DNA of 64,000 nucleotides from Clostridia bacterium (GTDB lineage Bacteria; Bacillota; Clostridia; TANB77; CAG-508): NCBI GenBank assembly GCA_051891395.1, contig JBJFFC010000011.1, positions 58,852 to 122,851 of the forward strand, read 5' to 3'. Shown piece by piece: positions 50,613 to 60,152 of this stretch (position 1 is its first letter; each line of letters starts with the position of its first letter). The notes under the pieces were generated by a model. It saw only the letters and a program-made list of their open reading frames with translations, ran no database searches and was not told where the DNA came from. The position numbers and the translations under genes were made by a program.

Positions 50613-52200
50613 ATGAACGTTAAAGAAAAAGAGTTGGAAAAAAATGAGAATTTAACAACTAAAAACTTGTCAAAAACAGATTTAAAAGGAGAAAAAGAGC
50701 AAAATCTATCGGTGTCTCCTTCTAAGGAATTCGTACCAGTAAAAGAAAAAACAAAAAAACATTTATCTATTTTTACTATACTAATTATCATACTAATTAG
50801 TATGTTAGTTATTTGTTTTCTAATCTTTACTGCCTATAATAAATTAAATAACAATATTATTTCAGGAGTATTTATAAAGGGATTTGATGTTTCTAACATG
50901 AGTAAATCGGATGCTAAATACCAATTAGATAATTACCTTAACGAAATGTTACCTGAAGAAATCACTTTAAAGCATGGCGACTTTGAAACAACTATTTCAC
51001 TTTCACAAATAAGTGCCTCATTTGACACGAAGGCTGCTGTGAATAGTGCTTATAATATCGGAAGACAAGGAAATATTTTTGAAAATAATTTATATGTATT
51101 ATCTACTATCTTTGGAAAAGTAAACATAGAACCTATTGTAAAAGTAGATAGTGATCAATTAACAAAAAATTTAGAGGACATTTCTACACAGCTACCTGAT
51201 AAAGTAACGGAAAGTAGCTATTACATAGAAGATTCAAATTTAATTATCACAGCTGGAAAAGAGGGAAATGTAGTTGACATTGATGCTACTACTGCTGCAA
51301 TTAAAACTGCAATATCTGATTTTTCAAACCTTGGAAACCCAATTGAAATCATAGTAAAGACTCGGGGCACCAGAAGAAATTGATATTGAAAAAATTCACG
51401 ATGAAATTTATAAAGAACCTGTTGACGCTTACTATACAACAGAACCTTTTACAGTTTATCCTTCTGAAAATGGTATAGACTTTAATATATCTATTGAAGA
51501 GGCTAAAGCTAATTTAGGAGATCAATCTGCTGAAGAATATATAATTCCTTTAAAAATAATGTCGCCAAATGTAACAACAAATATGATTGGAACAGAAGCT
51601 TTTCCAGACTTGTTATCATCATATTCTACCAATTATGCTGCTAGTAATAGAAACAGGACAACAAATTTAATACTAGCTGCTAATAAAATAAACGGAACTG
51701 TTATAATGCCTGGTGAAACCTTCTCTTATAATAAAGTAGTTGGTGCAAGAACAATTGCAGCAGGATATAAAGAAGCACCTATTTATGTGAGCGGAGAAGT
51801 TGTAGATGGTGTTGGCGGAGGAATTTGCCAAATTACAACAACATTATATAATGCTGTTGTATATGCAAATTTAGAAATCGTTCAAAGAACAAACCATCAG
51901 TTTGTTCCTTCCTATGCACCAGCAAGCAGAGATGCAACTGTTGTTTATGGTTCTATTGATTTTCAATTTAAAAATAACAGGAACTATCCAATCAAACTGG
52001 TTTGTTCTGTCTCAGGAGGAGTGGCTAATTTTCAAATATTTGGTTTAAGGCAAGAAGATGATTGCGAAGTAGAAATTTCTAATTATGTAACAGGTAGAAC
52101 TTCAACTGCTATCTATTCAGAAGCTTACAAAATTTTAAAACGTGATGGAAATGTTATTGGTTCAGAATTACTGTCAAAAGATACTTATAAAAGACATTAA
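50613..52200 (+). CDS. VanW/YoaR-family protein (TM, PG-binding-4-like, VanW domain), encoded across a +1 frameshift at ACT-CGG-G (extra C at 51363); joined product 528 aa
   Basis: The +1 frame is open from 51364 (GAPEEIDIEKIHDEIYKEP...) into the VanW domain (PGETFSYN, GGGICQ, RDATV). Confidence 0.82.
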
Positions 52201-52206
52201 GTAATG

Positions 52207-52374
52207 AAGCTCTGTCTGCTTGAGGTATAATATATTATTTTGTAATGCCGCGTAAGCGATTAAACGAGCTACCAGCGAGTGCGATTGGAGCAACCAACCT
52301 ACCTTTTAAAATTAGGTGGTTGCGACACACAAGGCATATAAAATAATATATTATACCTCAAGCAGACAGAGCTT
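52207..52374. repeat. Structured palindromic intergenic element, copy 3
   Basis: Perfect 35-bp arms (52207-52241 / 52340-52374), same core; lies between convergent genes. Confidence 0.85.
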
Positions 52375-52380
52375 TTTACT

Positions 52381-53754
52381 TTACATCGTTAACGTACCAT
52401 TTGGCGTATTAGTAATTATTAAAATATCTTCCTCTCTTCCATTTTCAGCATTAATATAAACTAAAAATTCCCTATCATCTACTTTTCCTTTAAATTCATA
52501 ACAAAGTATCTCTGTTTTCCATTCCGTTGGAATAATTGCCAATCCTTCACTTTCAATGTTTAAATCACTATTCAAATTTTTCTTTGCTTCCTCTTTTGTA
52601 ATCTTTATATTACTAATATCTCTTTGCGTATGATTATTTAAATATCCTGTTGTTTCTATTCCTAGTACCTCGCCATTATCTAGTGCTACCTTTACTTTTA
52701 TTAAGTCTGGATACATTATTACATCATTTTGTGAGTAAGCATAGTTAATCGTTACAATTCCTTCTTGCTTTAAATAATAAGTTTCCTTCATATTAGAAAA
52801 ACCCTTCACTTCTAAAAATTCTTTTCCTTTTGTATCTGCTTCTTCTTGTGATATAATTTCAGTATTTACATCTCGATTTGAATTCATAGAAACAATATGT
52901 CCACCCTTTTTTGAAATAGAAATATTAATTGTTTCGTCTTGATTGTTTGTAATAGAAAAATCATAAACCGGGATTGTGGCATTTTCTGAATATCCTAAAT
53001 TAGAAACTTCTTTTATATTTTGGCTTCCTATAAATTCTTCTGCCTTTTTCTTTGCTTCTTCCTCCTCAATATCTTCTCCTGTCAATCCTTTTTTCTCGCT
53101 ACTTGTTAAATGCTCAGAAAAAGCACCATCATATATTAACCCTGAATATTCATGAAAATTCTCTTCTAAATTACTAAAACTTTCTTTTGATATATTATCC
53201 ACTTGTTGTGCAAAAGCTGTTGTACCTTTTTTTGTTAATTCTCCCCATTCTAATCTTCCATTATTTAAATCTTCTGCTAACTGATTTAAAGTATTTTCCA
53301 GTTCTACACTATATCCATGTAAATCTTTTAAATTACTTAAATCTTCGTCTGATAATCCTTCGTTATAAATATTTTTTCTAGATAGTGTATAACTATAATC
53401 ACTTACTTGATTTAAGAATTTTTCAGTATTTTCTAATTCCTGACTTTCTATAGGAAGCATACTTAAATAACTTTGTGCCAAATTAGCCTCACGCCATAAA
53501 TTTGTTAAAGTTTCTGCTCCATGCTCAGGAGTTGAAGATATCATTGACTTTGCCAAGTATGTTTCTACATTTTGAACATAATCTACCAATTCATAAAACG
53601 CCATATTATAGTTATTTTCAGAAGCCTGTTTATACTCCATTTGCTTTTTATAAAGTATAATCCCTAAGGCCACTACAACTACTAAAAGTACACATATTAC
53701 ACTTAACATATGTCCTTTTTTTAACCTATTTTTCCAATCCATTAATTTATTCAT
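52381..53754 (-). CDS. ypeB: Germination protein YpeB
   Basis: N-terminal TM, LIYDGAFSEH, YPDLIKVKVALDNGE, PepSY-like C-terminus; follows sleB. Confidence 0.9.
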   Translation of the reverse strand: MNKLMDWKNRLKKGHMLSVICVLLVVVVALGIILYKKQMEYKQASENNYNMAFYELVDYVQNVETYLAKSMISSTPEHGAETLTNLWREANLAQSYLSMLPIESQELENTEKFLNQVSDYSYTLSRKNIYNEGLSDEDLSNLKDLHGYSVELENTLNQLAEDLNNGRLEWGELTKKGTTAFAQQVDNISKESFSNLEENFHEYSGLIYDGAFSEHLTSSEKKGLTGEDIEEEEAKKKAEEFIGSQNIKEVSNLGYSENATIPVYDFSITNNQDETINISISKKGGHIVSMNSNRDVNTEIISQEEADTKGKEFLEVKGFSNMKETYYLKQEGIVTINYAYSQNDVIMYPDLIKVKVALDNGEVLGIETTGYLNNHTQRDISNIKITKEEAKKNLNSDLNIESEGLAIIPTEWKTEILCYEFKGKVDDREFLVYINAENGREEDILIITNTPNGTLTM

Positions 53755-53770
53755 AAAATCTCCCTTTCTA

Positions 53771-54247
53771 TTATTTACAAAATCTATGTTTTCCAATTGT
53801 CTTAACTACTGGTCTTGACCATATCCATTTATTTGTGGCAGTTGCGGGATTAAAATAATAAATGCATCCTCCTGTCGGATCCCACCCATTTTTAGCATCT
53901 TGAGCTGCTTTATACACAGTTGAATTCTCCTCAATCGGTTGATTAATTTGGCCATCCGCTACGGCTGTAAAAGCCCCTGATTGATAAATAACACCAGCTA
54001 TTGTATTAGGAAATTGTGAACTTTTTACTCTATTTAATATAACTGCGCCCACTGCAACTTGCCCTTCATAAGACTCTCCCCTTGCTTCTCCATTAATAGC
54101 TCTTGCCATTAACTGAATGTCTGAAGTTCCAGAAGTCGCTGCATAACTTATGTTTTGTTCACTAATATTACTACCTAATAAAACAATTGAAATTATAATT
54201 ATCATTAACAATACAAATAAAAACGCTATTTTTAATATATTTTTCAA
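53771..54247 (-). CDS. sleB: Spore cortex-lytic enzyme SleB (Hydrolase_2 domain, no PG-binding domain)
   Basis: LMARAINGEARGE.YEGQVAVGAVILNRV, GWDPTGG..YYFNP and IGKHRFC motifs. Confidence 0.9.
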   Translation of the reverse strand: MKNILKIAFLFVLLMIIIISIVLLGSNISEQNISYAATSGTSDIQLMARAINGEARGESYEGQVAVGAVILNRVKSSQFPNTIAGVIYQSGAFTAVADGQINQPIEENSTVYKAAQDAKNGWDPTGGCIYYFNPATATNKWIWSRPVVKTIGKHRFCK

Positions 54248-54366
54248 ATCATCACCTTTTCCTTTTATTTTATAGTCAATCTTATTTTGTATTATTTTTC
54301 AAAAAATATTCCAATTTTTGAATTTTTTTAATTTATATGATAGAATGTCTACTGGGGGAAATAAAT

Positions 54367-55494
54367 ATGAAAGTTTTAATTTTTTATGCATCTTATGGTG
54401 GTGGCCATTTAAATGCCGCTAAATCGATTGAAGATTGCATTACTAATAATTATAAGGGAATTAATGTAGAATTAATAGATTGTATGAAATATGTAAATAA
54501 GACAGTTGAAAAGTTAACAACTGCTGCTTATCGTGAAATGGCCAAAAAGGCCCCTTGGGTTTGGGGAAAAATTTACTCTGATTCTCAAAGGGGACCTTTA
54601 GCTCATCTTTCTTCAAGATCAAATAAAATTATGGCAATTAAATTATTAAAATTATTAAGAGAAAAACAAGCAGACTTGGTCATTTCCACCCATCCTTTTA
54701 GTAGCCAAATGTGTAGCTATTTGAAAAGGAAAGGAAAAATAACAGCTAAAATCGCAACAGTTATGACTGATTTTGCTCCTCATGATCAATGGCTTGTTGG
54801 AAATGATTTCACAGATTACTATTTTGTTGCTCATGATAGAATGAAAGAATATTTAATTAGTAAAAATATCCCTGAATCAAAAATATATGTAAGTGGAATT
54901 CCAATTTCTAATCGATTCCAAAAAGCATACAATAAAGAAGAAATATTATCTAAATATAAATTATCCAATCAAAAACAGACCATCTTATTTTTTGGTGGTG
55001 GTGAATTTGGTTTGGGAAAAACAAGAACGGCTCAAATTTTTGAAAGTTTTGTTCAAGCTGATAAAAATATACAAATTATAGCTATCGCAGGAAGAAACCA
55101 AAAAATGAAGGCTACTTTTGAAGAAATTGTTAAAAATAATAATAAATCTGATATGGTTAGAATTTTAGAATTTACAAAAGAAGTACCTGAATTAATGAGT
55201 ATTTCAGATTTAGTTGTTACAAAACCTGGTGGTCTCACAACTTCTGAAAGCTTAGCTTCCCATCTACCAATGGTTGTAATTAACCCTATTCCTGGTCAAG
55301 AAGAAGAAAATGCAGAATTTTTAGAAAGTAAAAAAATTGCTGTTTGGGTTAAAAAATCAGATGATGTAAATCAAATAATTAAAAATTTATTATCAGATAA
55401 GGAGAAATTAAAAAATATGAAGGAAAACACTTCTATTTTAGCTAAACCTAATTCTACTAAAACTATTTGTGATATCTTATTATCAAATGATTAG
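54367..55494 (+). CDS. MGDG synthase/UgtP-like glycosyltransferase (GT28)
   Basis: SYGGGH, STHPF, GIPI, TKPGGLTTSE and PIPGQEEEN motifs. Confidence 0.88.
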   Translation: MKVLIFYASYGGGHLNAAKSIEDCITNNYKGINVELIDCMKYVNKTVEKLTTAAYREMAKKAPWVWGKIYSDSQRGPLAHLSSRSNKIMAIKLLKLLREKQADLVISTHPFSSQMCSYLKRKGKITAKIATVMTDFAPHDQWLVGNDFTDYYFVAHDRMKEYLISKNIPESKIYVSGIPISNRFQKAYNKEEILSKYKLSNQKQTILFFGGGEFGLGKTRTAQIFESFVQADKNIQIIAIAGRNQKMKATFEEIVKNNNKSDMVRILEFTKEVPELMSISDLVVTKPGGLTTSESLASHLPMVVINPIPGQEEENAEFLESKKIAVWVKKSDDVNQIIKNLLSDKEKLKNMKENTSILAKPNSTKTICDILLSND

Positions 55495-55525
55495 ATTAAT
55501 TACAGTTCAGGCTAAAATACACTAT

Positions 55526-55655
55526 AATTTACAGCTTAATTATTAAATTACAAAAGCTTCTAATAAAAAATGTTCAAACAGGCTCGGTACGAGCTTGATT
55601 TTCACATTTTCTATTAGAAGCTTTTGCTTTGATTTATTTCAGTCGACTGTAAATT
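55526..55655. repeat. Long imperfect palindrome between convergent genes
   Basis: AATTTACAG/CTGTAAATT outer arms, CAAAAGCTTCTAATA/TATTAGAAGCTTTTG, GCTCG-GTA-CGAGC apex. Confidence 0.65.
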
Positions 55656-55665
55656 GTACCTAAAT

Positions 55666-56266
55666 TTATATTTCCCTTCTTCCCTCTAAAGCTTTCGTTA
55701 AGGTTATTTCATCTGTATATTCCAAATCTCCGCCTACAGGAATCCCATGAGCAATTCTTGTAACCTTTACACCTAAAGGCTTAATTAATTTAGACAGGTA
55801 CATAGCTGTCGCTTCGCCTTCCACGCGAGGGTTTGTTGCCAAAATCACTTCTTTTACTTGTCCTTCCATTAATCTCGATAATAACTCTTTGATTTTTATA
55901 TCATCTGGTCCGAATTCCATTCATAGGAGAAATAGAACCATGTAAAACATGATAAACTCCTTTAAATTCATGAGTTTTCTCCATAGCAATAATATCTCTA
56001 ACATCTTCTACAACACAAATAATACTTTGATCTCTTTTAGGATTTCCACAAATTGAACAAGGATCTGTATCAGAAATATTGTAACATTTACTACAATATT
56101 TCAAATTCCTTTTTGCATTAACAATAGAAGAAACAAATTCATTTGTTTCTTCTTCTGAACAATTTAGTATATAAAAAGCTAATCTTGCTGCTGTTTTATG
56201 TCCAATACTTGGTAATTTTTCAAAACTTTCTATTAATTTTTCAATTGATGGTGAATATAGTGACAT
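55666..56266 (-). CDS. recR: Recombination mediator RecR, encoded across a +1 frameshift at ATT-CGG-A (extra C at 55912); joined product 199 aa
   Basis: HhH LPSIG.KTA.RLA, C4 zinc finger, VVED, YHVLHG.ISPM.G; skipping the C gives GIGPDDI, then [14 protein letters not shown] and [13 protein letters not shown]. Confidence 0.92.
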
Positions 56267-56332
56267 CTTATAGTTCCTCCATTTAAAATTTAGTGGGATT
56301 GAAACAATAGTCCCTAAATCCCATCTAAATTC

Positions 56333-56677
56333 CTACATTAATCCTGGTATGTTAAACTTTCCTAATTGTGCTGCTTGTGCTGAGTCCACTTGTCTTAATG
56401 CTTCATTTACACAAGTTAATATCAAGTCTTCTAGCATTTCTACATCATCTGGATCAACTACTTCTGGTTTTATTTTTATTTCTTTTAAAGCTTTTTCTCC
56501 TGAAACCTTTACCGTAATTGCTCCTCCCCCTGCAGATGCCTCAAATTCTTTACCAGCTAATTCTGCTTGAGACTTTTCCATGTCTGCTTGCATTTTTTTT
56601 GCTTCTTTCATTAAATTGTTAATATTCATTCCTCCGAATCCTCCCATGCCTCCTGGGAATCCACCTCTTTTTGCCAT
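56333..56677 (-). CDS. ybaB: YbaB/EbfC nucleoid-associated protein
   Basis: AGGGA.TV...G and [12 protein letters not shown] motifs; located between dnaX and recR. Confidence 0.92.
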   Translation of the reverse strand: MAKRGGFPGGMGGFGGMNINNLMKEAKKMQADMEKSQAELAGKEFEASAGGGAITVKVSGEKALKEIKIKPEVVDPDDVEMLEDLILTCVNEALRQVDSAQAAQLGKFNIPGLM

Positions 56678-56722
56678 TTTAAAATCTCCTTTCTACCTTT
56701 TATTTATTTTTCTTTTTACATT

Positions 56723-58348
56723 TTATTCAATAACATTAAATGGTATATCTGATTCATTTGCTAAATTTTGTAAATTTTCTTCTCCAGTCATTTGATGTAC
56801 TTGATTATTTTGTGCAATATACTTAATTTGCATTTCTTTACCACAAGCCATAGAAACTAAGTTTGAAATTTCCCTAATATTTTCTGGTTTTTCTAGTACT
56901 GCCTTTCCAAATGCTGTCATTCCATTTGGAAATTCAATTCCTACTGTCATATCGTTAATTTCCTTTGCCTTTGTATTCATCAAATTAGTATATAGTACAA
57001 TTTTTCCACTCTGTTTTAAATCGTTTACAATTTGTGGCCAATATTCTTCTGATTTATTTGAAAATTTCTTTATCACATTATTCTGCGTTTTAGTAGTATT
57101 TACTGGTTTTCTTTGTTGATTATTTTGTATATTTGAATTAACTACCATTCTTGGTTCAGAATTTAAATTTACATTTTGCATTGGTACAGACTGACTACTC
57201 ATTCCCCTTCCAGATTTTAGATATTCTTCTATTTTCCCTACTCTTTTTTCAATATCAGAATCAATTTCTACTTGTTTGTTACATAATTTAATAATTCCTG
57301 CTTGGAACATAATCGTTTTTTGTGTTGACCATTTAATATCATTTTCAAGTTCTGACAATTGGTATATTAAATCAATCAACTTTTCTTTTGAAACTATCTC
57401 TGAAAGAGCTTTTATTTTATTTAATTCTTCCTCATTGTATAAATCGGCCTTTTGGGATGCCTTATATACTAATATATCTTTTACATATTTAATAATCTCC
57501 CAAAGTAAATTATTAATATCCTTTCCTTCATTAAAAATAATCTCAACATTTTCTAAAGCTTTATCCACATCATATTGAATCATACTTTCTGTTATATTAT
57601 GTACATAAGTTATCTTTGGAATTCCTACTAAATCCCTAATTTTATCCTCATCAATTTTATTTTCACCATCTTGTATACATCTTTCCAAAATAGATAAGGC
57701 ATCTCTCATAGCCCCTTCTGAAAGTACTGCTATAATATTTAAGGCTTCATCTGTTATTTCTATGTTACTTCTTTGACAAACTATATTTAATCTTTTTATA
57801 ATATTTTCATTTGAAATTCTTTTAAAATCAAATCGTTGACATCTAGATAAAATAGTTGCTGGTAATTTTTGTGGCTCTGTTGTTGCTAATATAAACTTAA
57901 CATGCTCTGGTGGCTCTTCTAATGTTTTTAATAATGCATTAAAAGCTCCTGTTGACAACATGTGTACCTCATCTATAATATACACTCTATATTTAGCCTT
58001 TGTCGGCAAAAAATTAACCTCTTCACGGATTGCTCTTATATCTTCAACACTATTATTAGAAGCAGCATCCATCTCTACAATATCTGTAAGTGAACCATTA
58101 ATTGCCCCTTTGCAAATCTCACATTCATTACATGGTTCTCCTTCTATCGGATTTAGACAATTAATTGCTCTTGCTAAAATTTTGGCTGCCGATGTCTTTC
58201 CTGTTCCTCTTCCTCCATTAAATAAATAAGCATGTCCTACTCTTCCTGCCATAATTTGATTTTTTAAGGTTTTTGTTATATGTTCTTGCCCAACAATTTC
58301 TGAAAAACTAAGTGGTCTAAATTTTCTATAAAGAGCTGTGTACCCCAT
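56723..58348 (-). CDS. dnaX: DNA polymerase III subunit gamma/tau
   Basis: MGYTALYRKFRP, GGRGTGKTS, DAASN, IIDEVHMLS and SRCQRF motifs; start set at ATG 58348. Confidence 0.95.
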   Translation of the reverse strand: MGYTALYRKFRPLSFSEIVGQEHITKTLKNQIMAGRVGHAYLFNGGRGTGKTSAAKILARAINCLNPIEGEPCNECEICKGAINGSLTDIVEMDAASNNSVEDIRAIREEVNFLPTKAKYRVYIIDEVHMLSTGAFNALLKTLEEPPEHVKFILATTEPQKLPATILSRCQRFDFKRISNENIIKRLNIVCQRSNIEITDEALNIIAVLSEGAMRDALSILERCIQDGENKIDEDKIRDLVGIPKITYVHNITESMIQYDVDKALENVEIIFNEGKDINNLLWEIIKYVKDILVYKASQKADLYNEEELNKIKALSEIVSKEKLIDLIYQLSELENDIKWSTQKTIMFQAGIIKLCNKQVEIDSDIEKRVGKIEEYLKSGRGMSSQSVPMQNVNLNSEPRMVVNSNIQNNQQRKPVNTTKTQNNVIKKFSNKSEEYWPQIVNDLKQSGKIVLYTNLMNTKAKEINDMTVGIEFPNGMTAFGKAVLEKPENIREISNLVSMACGKEMQIKYIAQNNQVHQMTGEENLQNLANESDIPFNVIE

Positions 58349-58488
58349 ATTTTTCACATCCTTTATACTATAAAAAACAAATTTAAGAATTTCTAAGCGA
58401 TGGAAATCGCAAAGAAATTCTAGCAATTTCCATATTTATACAGTATGGAGCTTTCCTCCCACAGGGAGAAAATTCCTACTGTATAAAA

Positions 58489-58629
58489 AATGGTAGATAC
58501 TCTAAATCTCTCTATGGAAAGTACTCCACATAAAGATAAACTACTTATTGCTGCTTCCTTCCGGACCTGACAAGATTCATAGGTCTTTATTGGTATACTC
58601 TCCATACAAAGATTTAAGTACATACCATT
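58489..58629 (-). ncRNA. ffs: Signal recognition particle RNA
   Basis: Minus strand reads ...TGTCAGGTCCGGAAGGAAGCAGC... (domain IV) at the apex of a long hairpin; upstream of dnaX. Confidence 0.9.
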
Positions 58630-58632
58630 TGT

Positions 58633-58661
58633 ATTATATAATGAATTGTACATTTTATCAA
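58633..58661 (-). promoter_or_regulatory. sigmaA-type promoter for ffs
   Basis: TTGATA-17nt-TATAAT immediately upstream of the hairpin. Confidence 0.65.
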
Positions 58662-58670
58662 GTAAAATTT

Positions 58671-59438
58671 CTAATTTTTCGTTCTTTTAAAAATAACATT
58701 GCTCATATCTGTTATCTCATTTGATGCAGTCCCATTATCAATCACACCGCCTACGGGCATATTCAATGATATATTGGCCTTATATTCTTTTCCAGCTTCT
58801 GTTTTTATCGTGAAATCAAAAGTTAGTTTTGCTTTTAAATTTTCTTCTGTTATATTAGACTTTTTTAGTAATTCGCTATGATTAATTTCTTCGTCATTTG
58901 AAACATATTCTGCTATGTTATCATTAGCGTATCTAAAAACAACCTTTCCACCTTGATTGGATATCTTTAAATTTTTAATATCGGATTCCATTGCCCCTTC
59001 ATATTCTATACTTTGAATCAAATTCTCTTCTATATTACTAAAAATTGTTCCATTTTCAGAAATATTTGGTTTATAAAATTTTATGCTTCCCTTTTCCTCA
59101 TCCTTTTGAACATTAATATTATCAATTGTTATTGCTTTTATTGCTTCTTGTTTATCATAATTTTGATTTTTTTCTATATATAAATAGATATCATTATTTT
59201 GGTTAATATCAAATGCCCATTTATTTTCACCAGCATCTTTGTCAATTCCTTCTGAAGAACTAATTAAAATAATTTTCTTTAATTTGAAAGGCATATTTGT
59301 CTCACCCTCTACATTATATTTTAAAACAATAATACCTAAAACAAATAAAATAATTGCTATCATTACAATTACCATACAAATATGGAATGATTTTTTTCCA
59401 ATTATATACCTTAGTTTTTCCTTCATTTGTTCCTCCAA
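58671..59438 (-). CDS. Hypothetical membrane-anchored protein
   Basis: 255-aa ORF with one N-terminal TM; directly downstream of tadA. Confidence 0.7.
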   Translation of the reverse strand: MEEQMKEKLRYIIGKKSFHICMVIVMIAIILFVLGIIVLKYNVEGETNMPFKLKKIILISSSEGIDKDAGENKWAFDINQNNDIYLYIEKNQNYDKQEAIKAITIDNINVQKDEEKGSIKFYKPNISENGTIFSNIEENLIQSIEYEGAMESDIKNLKISNQGGKVVFRYANDNIAEYVSNDEEINHSELLKKSNITEENLKAKLTFDFTIKTEAGKEYKANISLNMPVGGVIDNGTASNEITDMSNVIFKRTKN

Positions 59439-59446
59439 AAGTGTGT

Positions 59447-59920
59447 TTATTTATTTTCCTTTTTCATTCTTCTTAGCTTCTTAAAAAAATCCTTTAACAT
59501 ACTTTCGCACTGTTCTTTCATGATTCCCTTTTCTACTTCAACATCATGATTAAATTTATAGTCTTCAAATAAATTGAAAACAGAACCTGCTGCACCTGTC
59601 TTTTCATCTAAAGTACCTATATAAATTTTTTTAATTCTAGAATTTAGGATGGCTCCTGCGCACATCGAGCACGGCTCTAACGTCACATACATTTCGCAAT
59701 CTAAGAGTCTCCAGCTTTCTAGCTTTCTACTTGCCTTTTGAATCGCTAATATTTCAGCATGTTTTGTTGTATCAAATTTTGTTTCTTTCAAATTATGAGC
59801 CCTAGCAATTATTTTTCCATCTTTTACAATGACTGCTCCTACTGGTACCTCTAGTTTATCGTATGCTTTTTTAGCTTCCTTTAGCGCTTCTTTCATAAAT
59901 CTTTCATTCATATTATCCAT
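59447..59920 (-). CDS. tadA: tRNA adenosine(34) deaminase
   Basis: EVPVGAVIV, HAEI and VTLEPCSMCAGA motifs. Confidence 0.92.
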   Translation of the reverse strand: MDNMNERFMKEALKEAKKAYDKLEVPVGAVIVKDGKIIARAHNLKETKFDTTKHAEILAIQKASRKLESWRLLDCEMYVTLEPCSMCAGAILNSRIKKIYIGTLDEKTGAAGSVFNLFEDYKFNHDVEVEKGIMKEQCESMLKDFFKKLRRMKKENK

Positions 59921-59940
59921 ATTAGTTCCTTGATACTTTT

Positions 59941-60016
<76 letters not shown>

Positions 60017-60035
60017 ATATTTTTTCAATAAAGAT

Positions 60036-60064
60036 ATTATAACAGTTTTTATTGTTTTTGTAAA
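60036..60064 (-). promoter_or_regulatory. sigmaA-type promoter for tRNA-Arg/tadA
   Basis: TTTACA-17nt-TATAAT with TG extension. Confidence 0.6.
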
Positions 60065-60152
60065 TGGTCTGTTTGATATATCTGCTATAATAAACTTGTT
60101 AAACCATAAAAATATGAGACAAATTATATTGTCCCATATTTTTTATAGTTAT

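Noticed and set aside
47565-52200. Vancomycin-resistance cluster (ddl plus a vanW-like gene)
   Set aside because: ddl is paired with murF and has the YSYDAKY loop of D-Ala-D-Ala ligases; no vanH, vanX, vanR or vanS is present, and VanW-domain proteins are common housekeeping genes.
58349-58653. 77-aa ORF 58420..58653 and the 26-aa N-terminal extension of dnaX
   Set aside because: The ORF overlaps the SRP RNA; DnaX homology begins at MGYTALYRK (58348).
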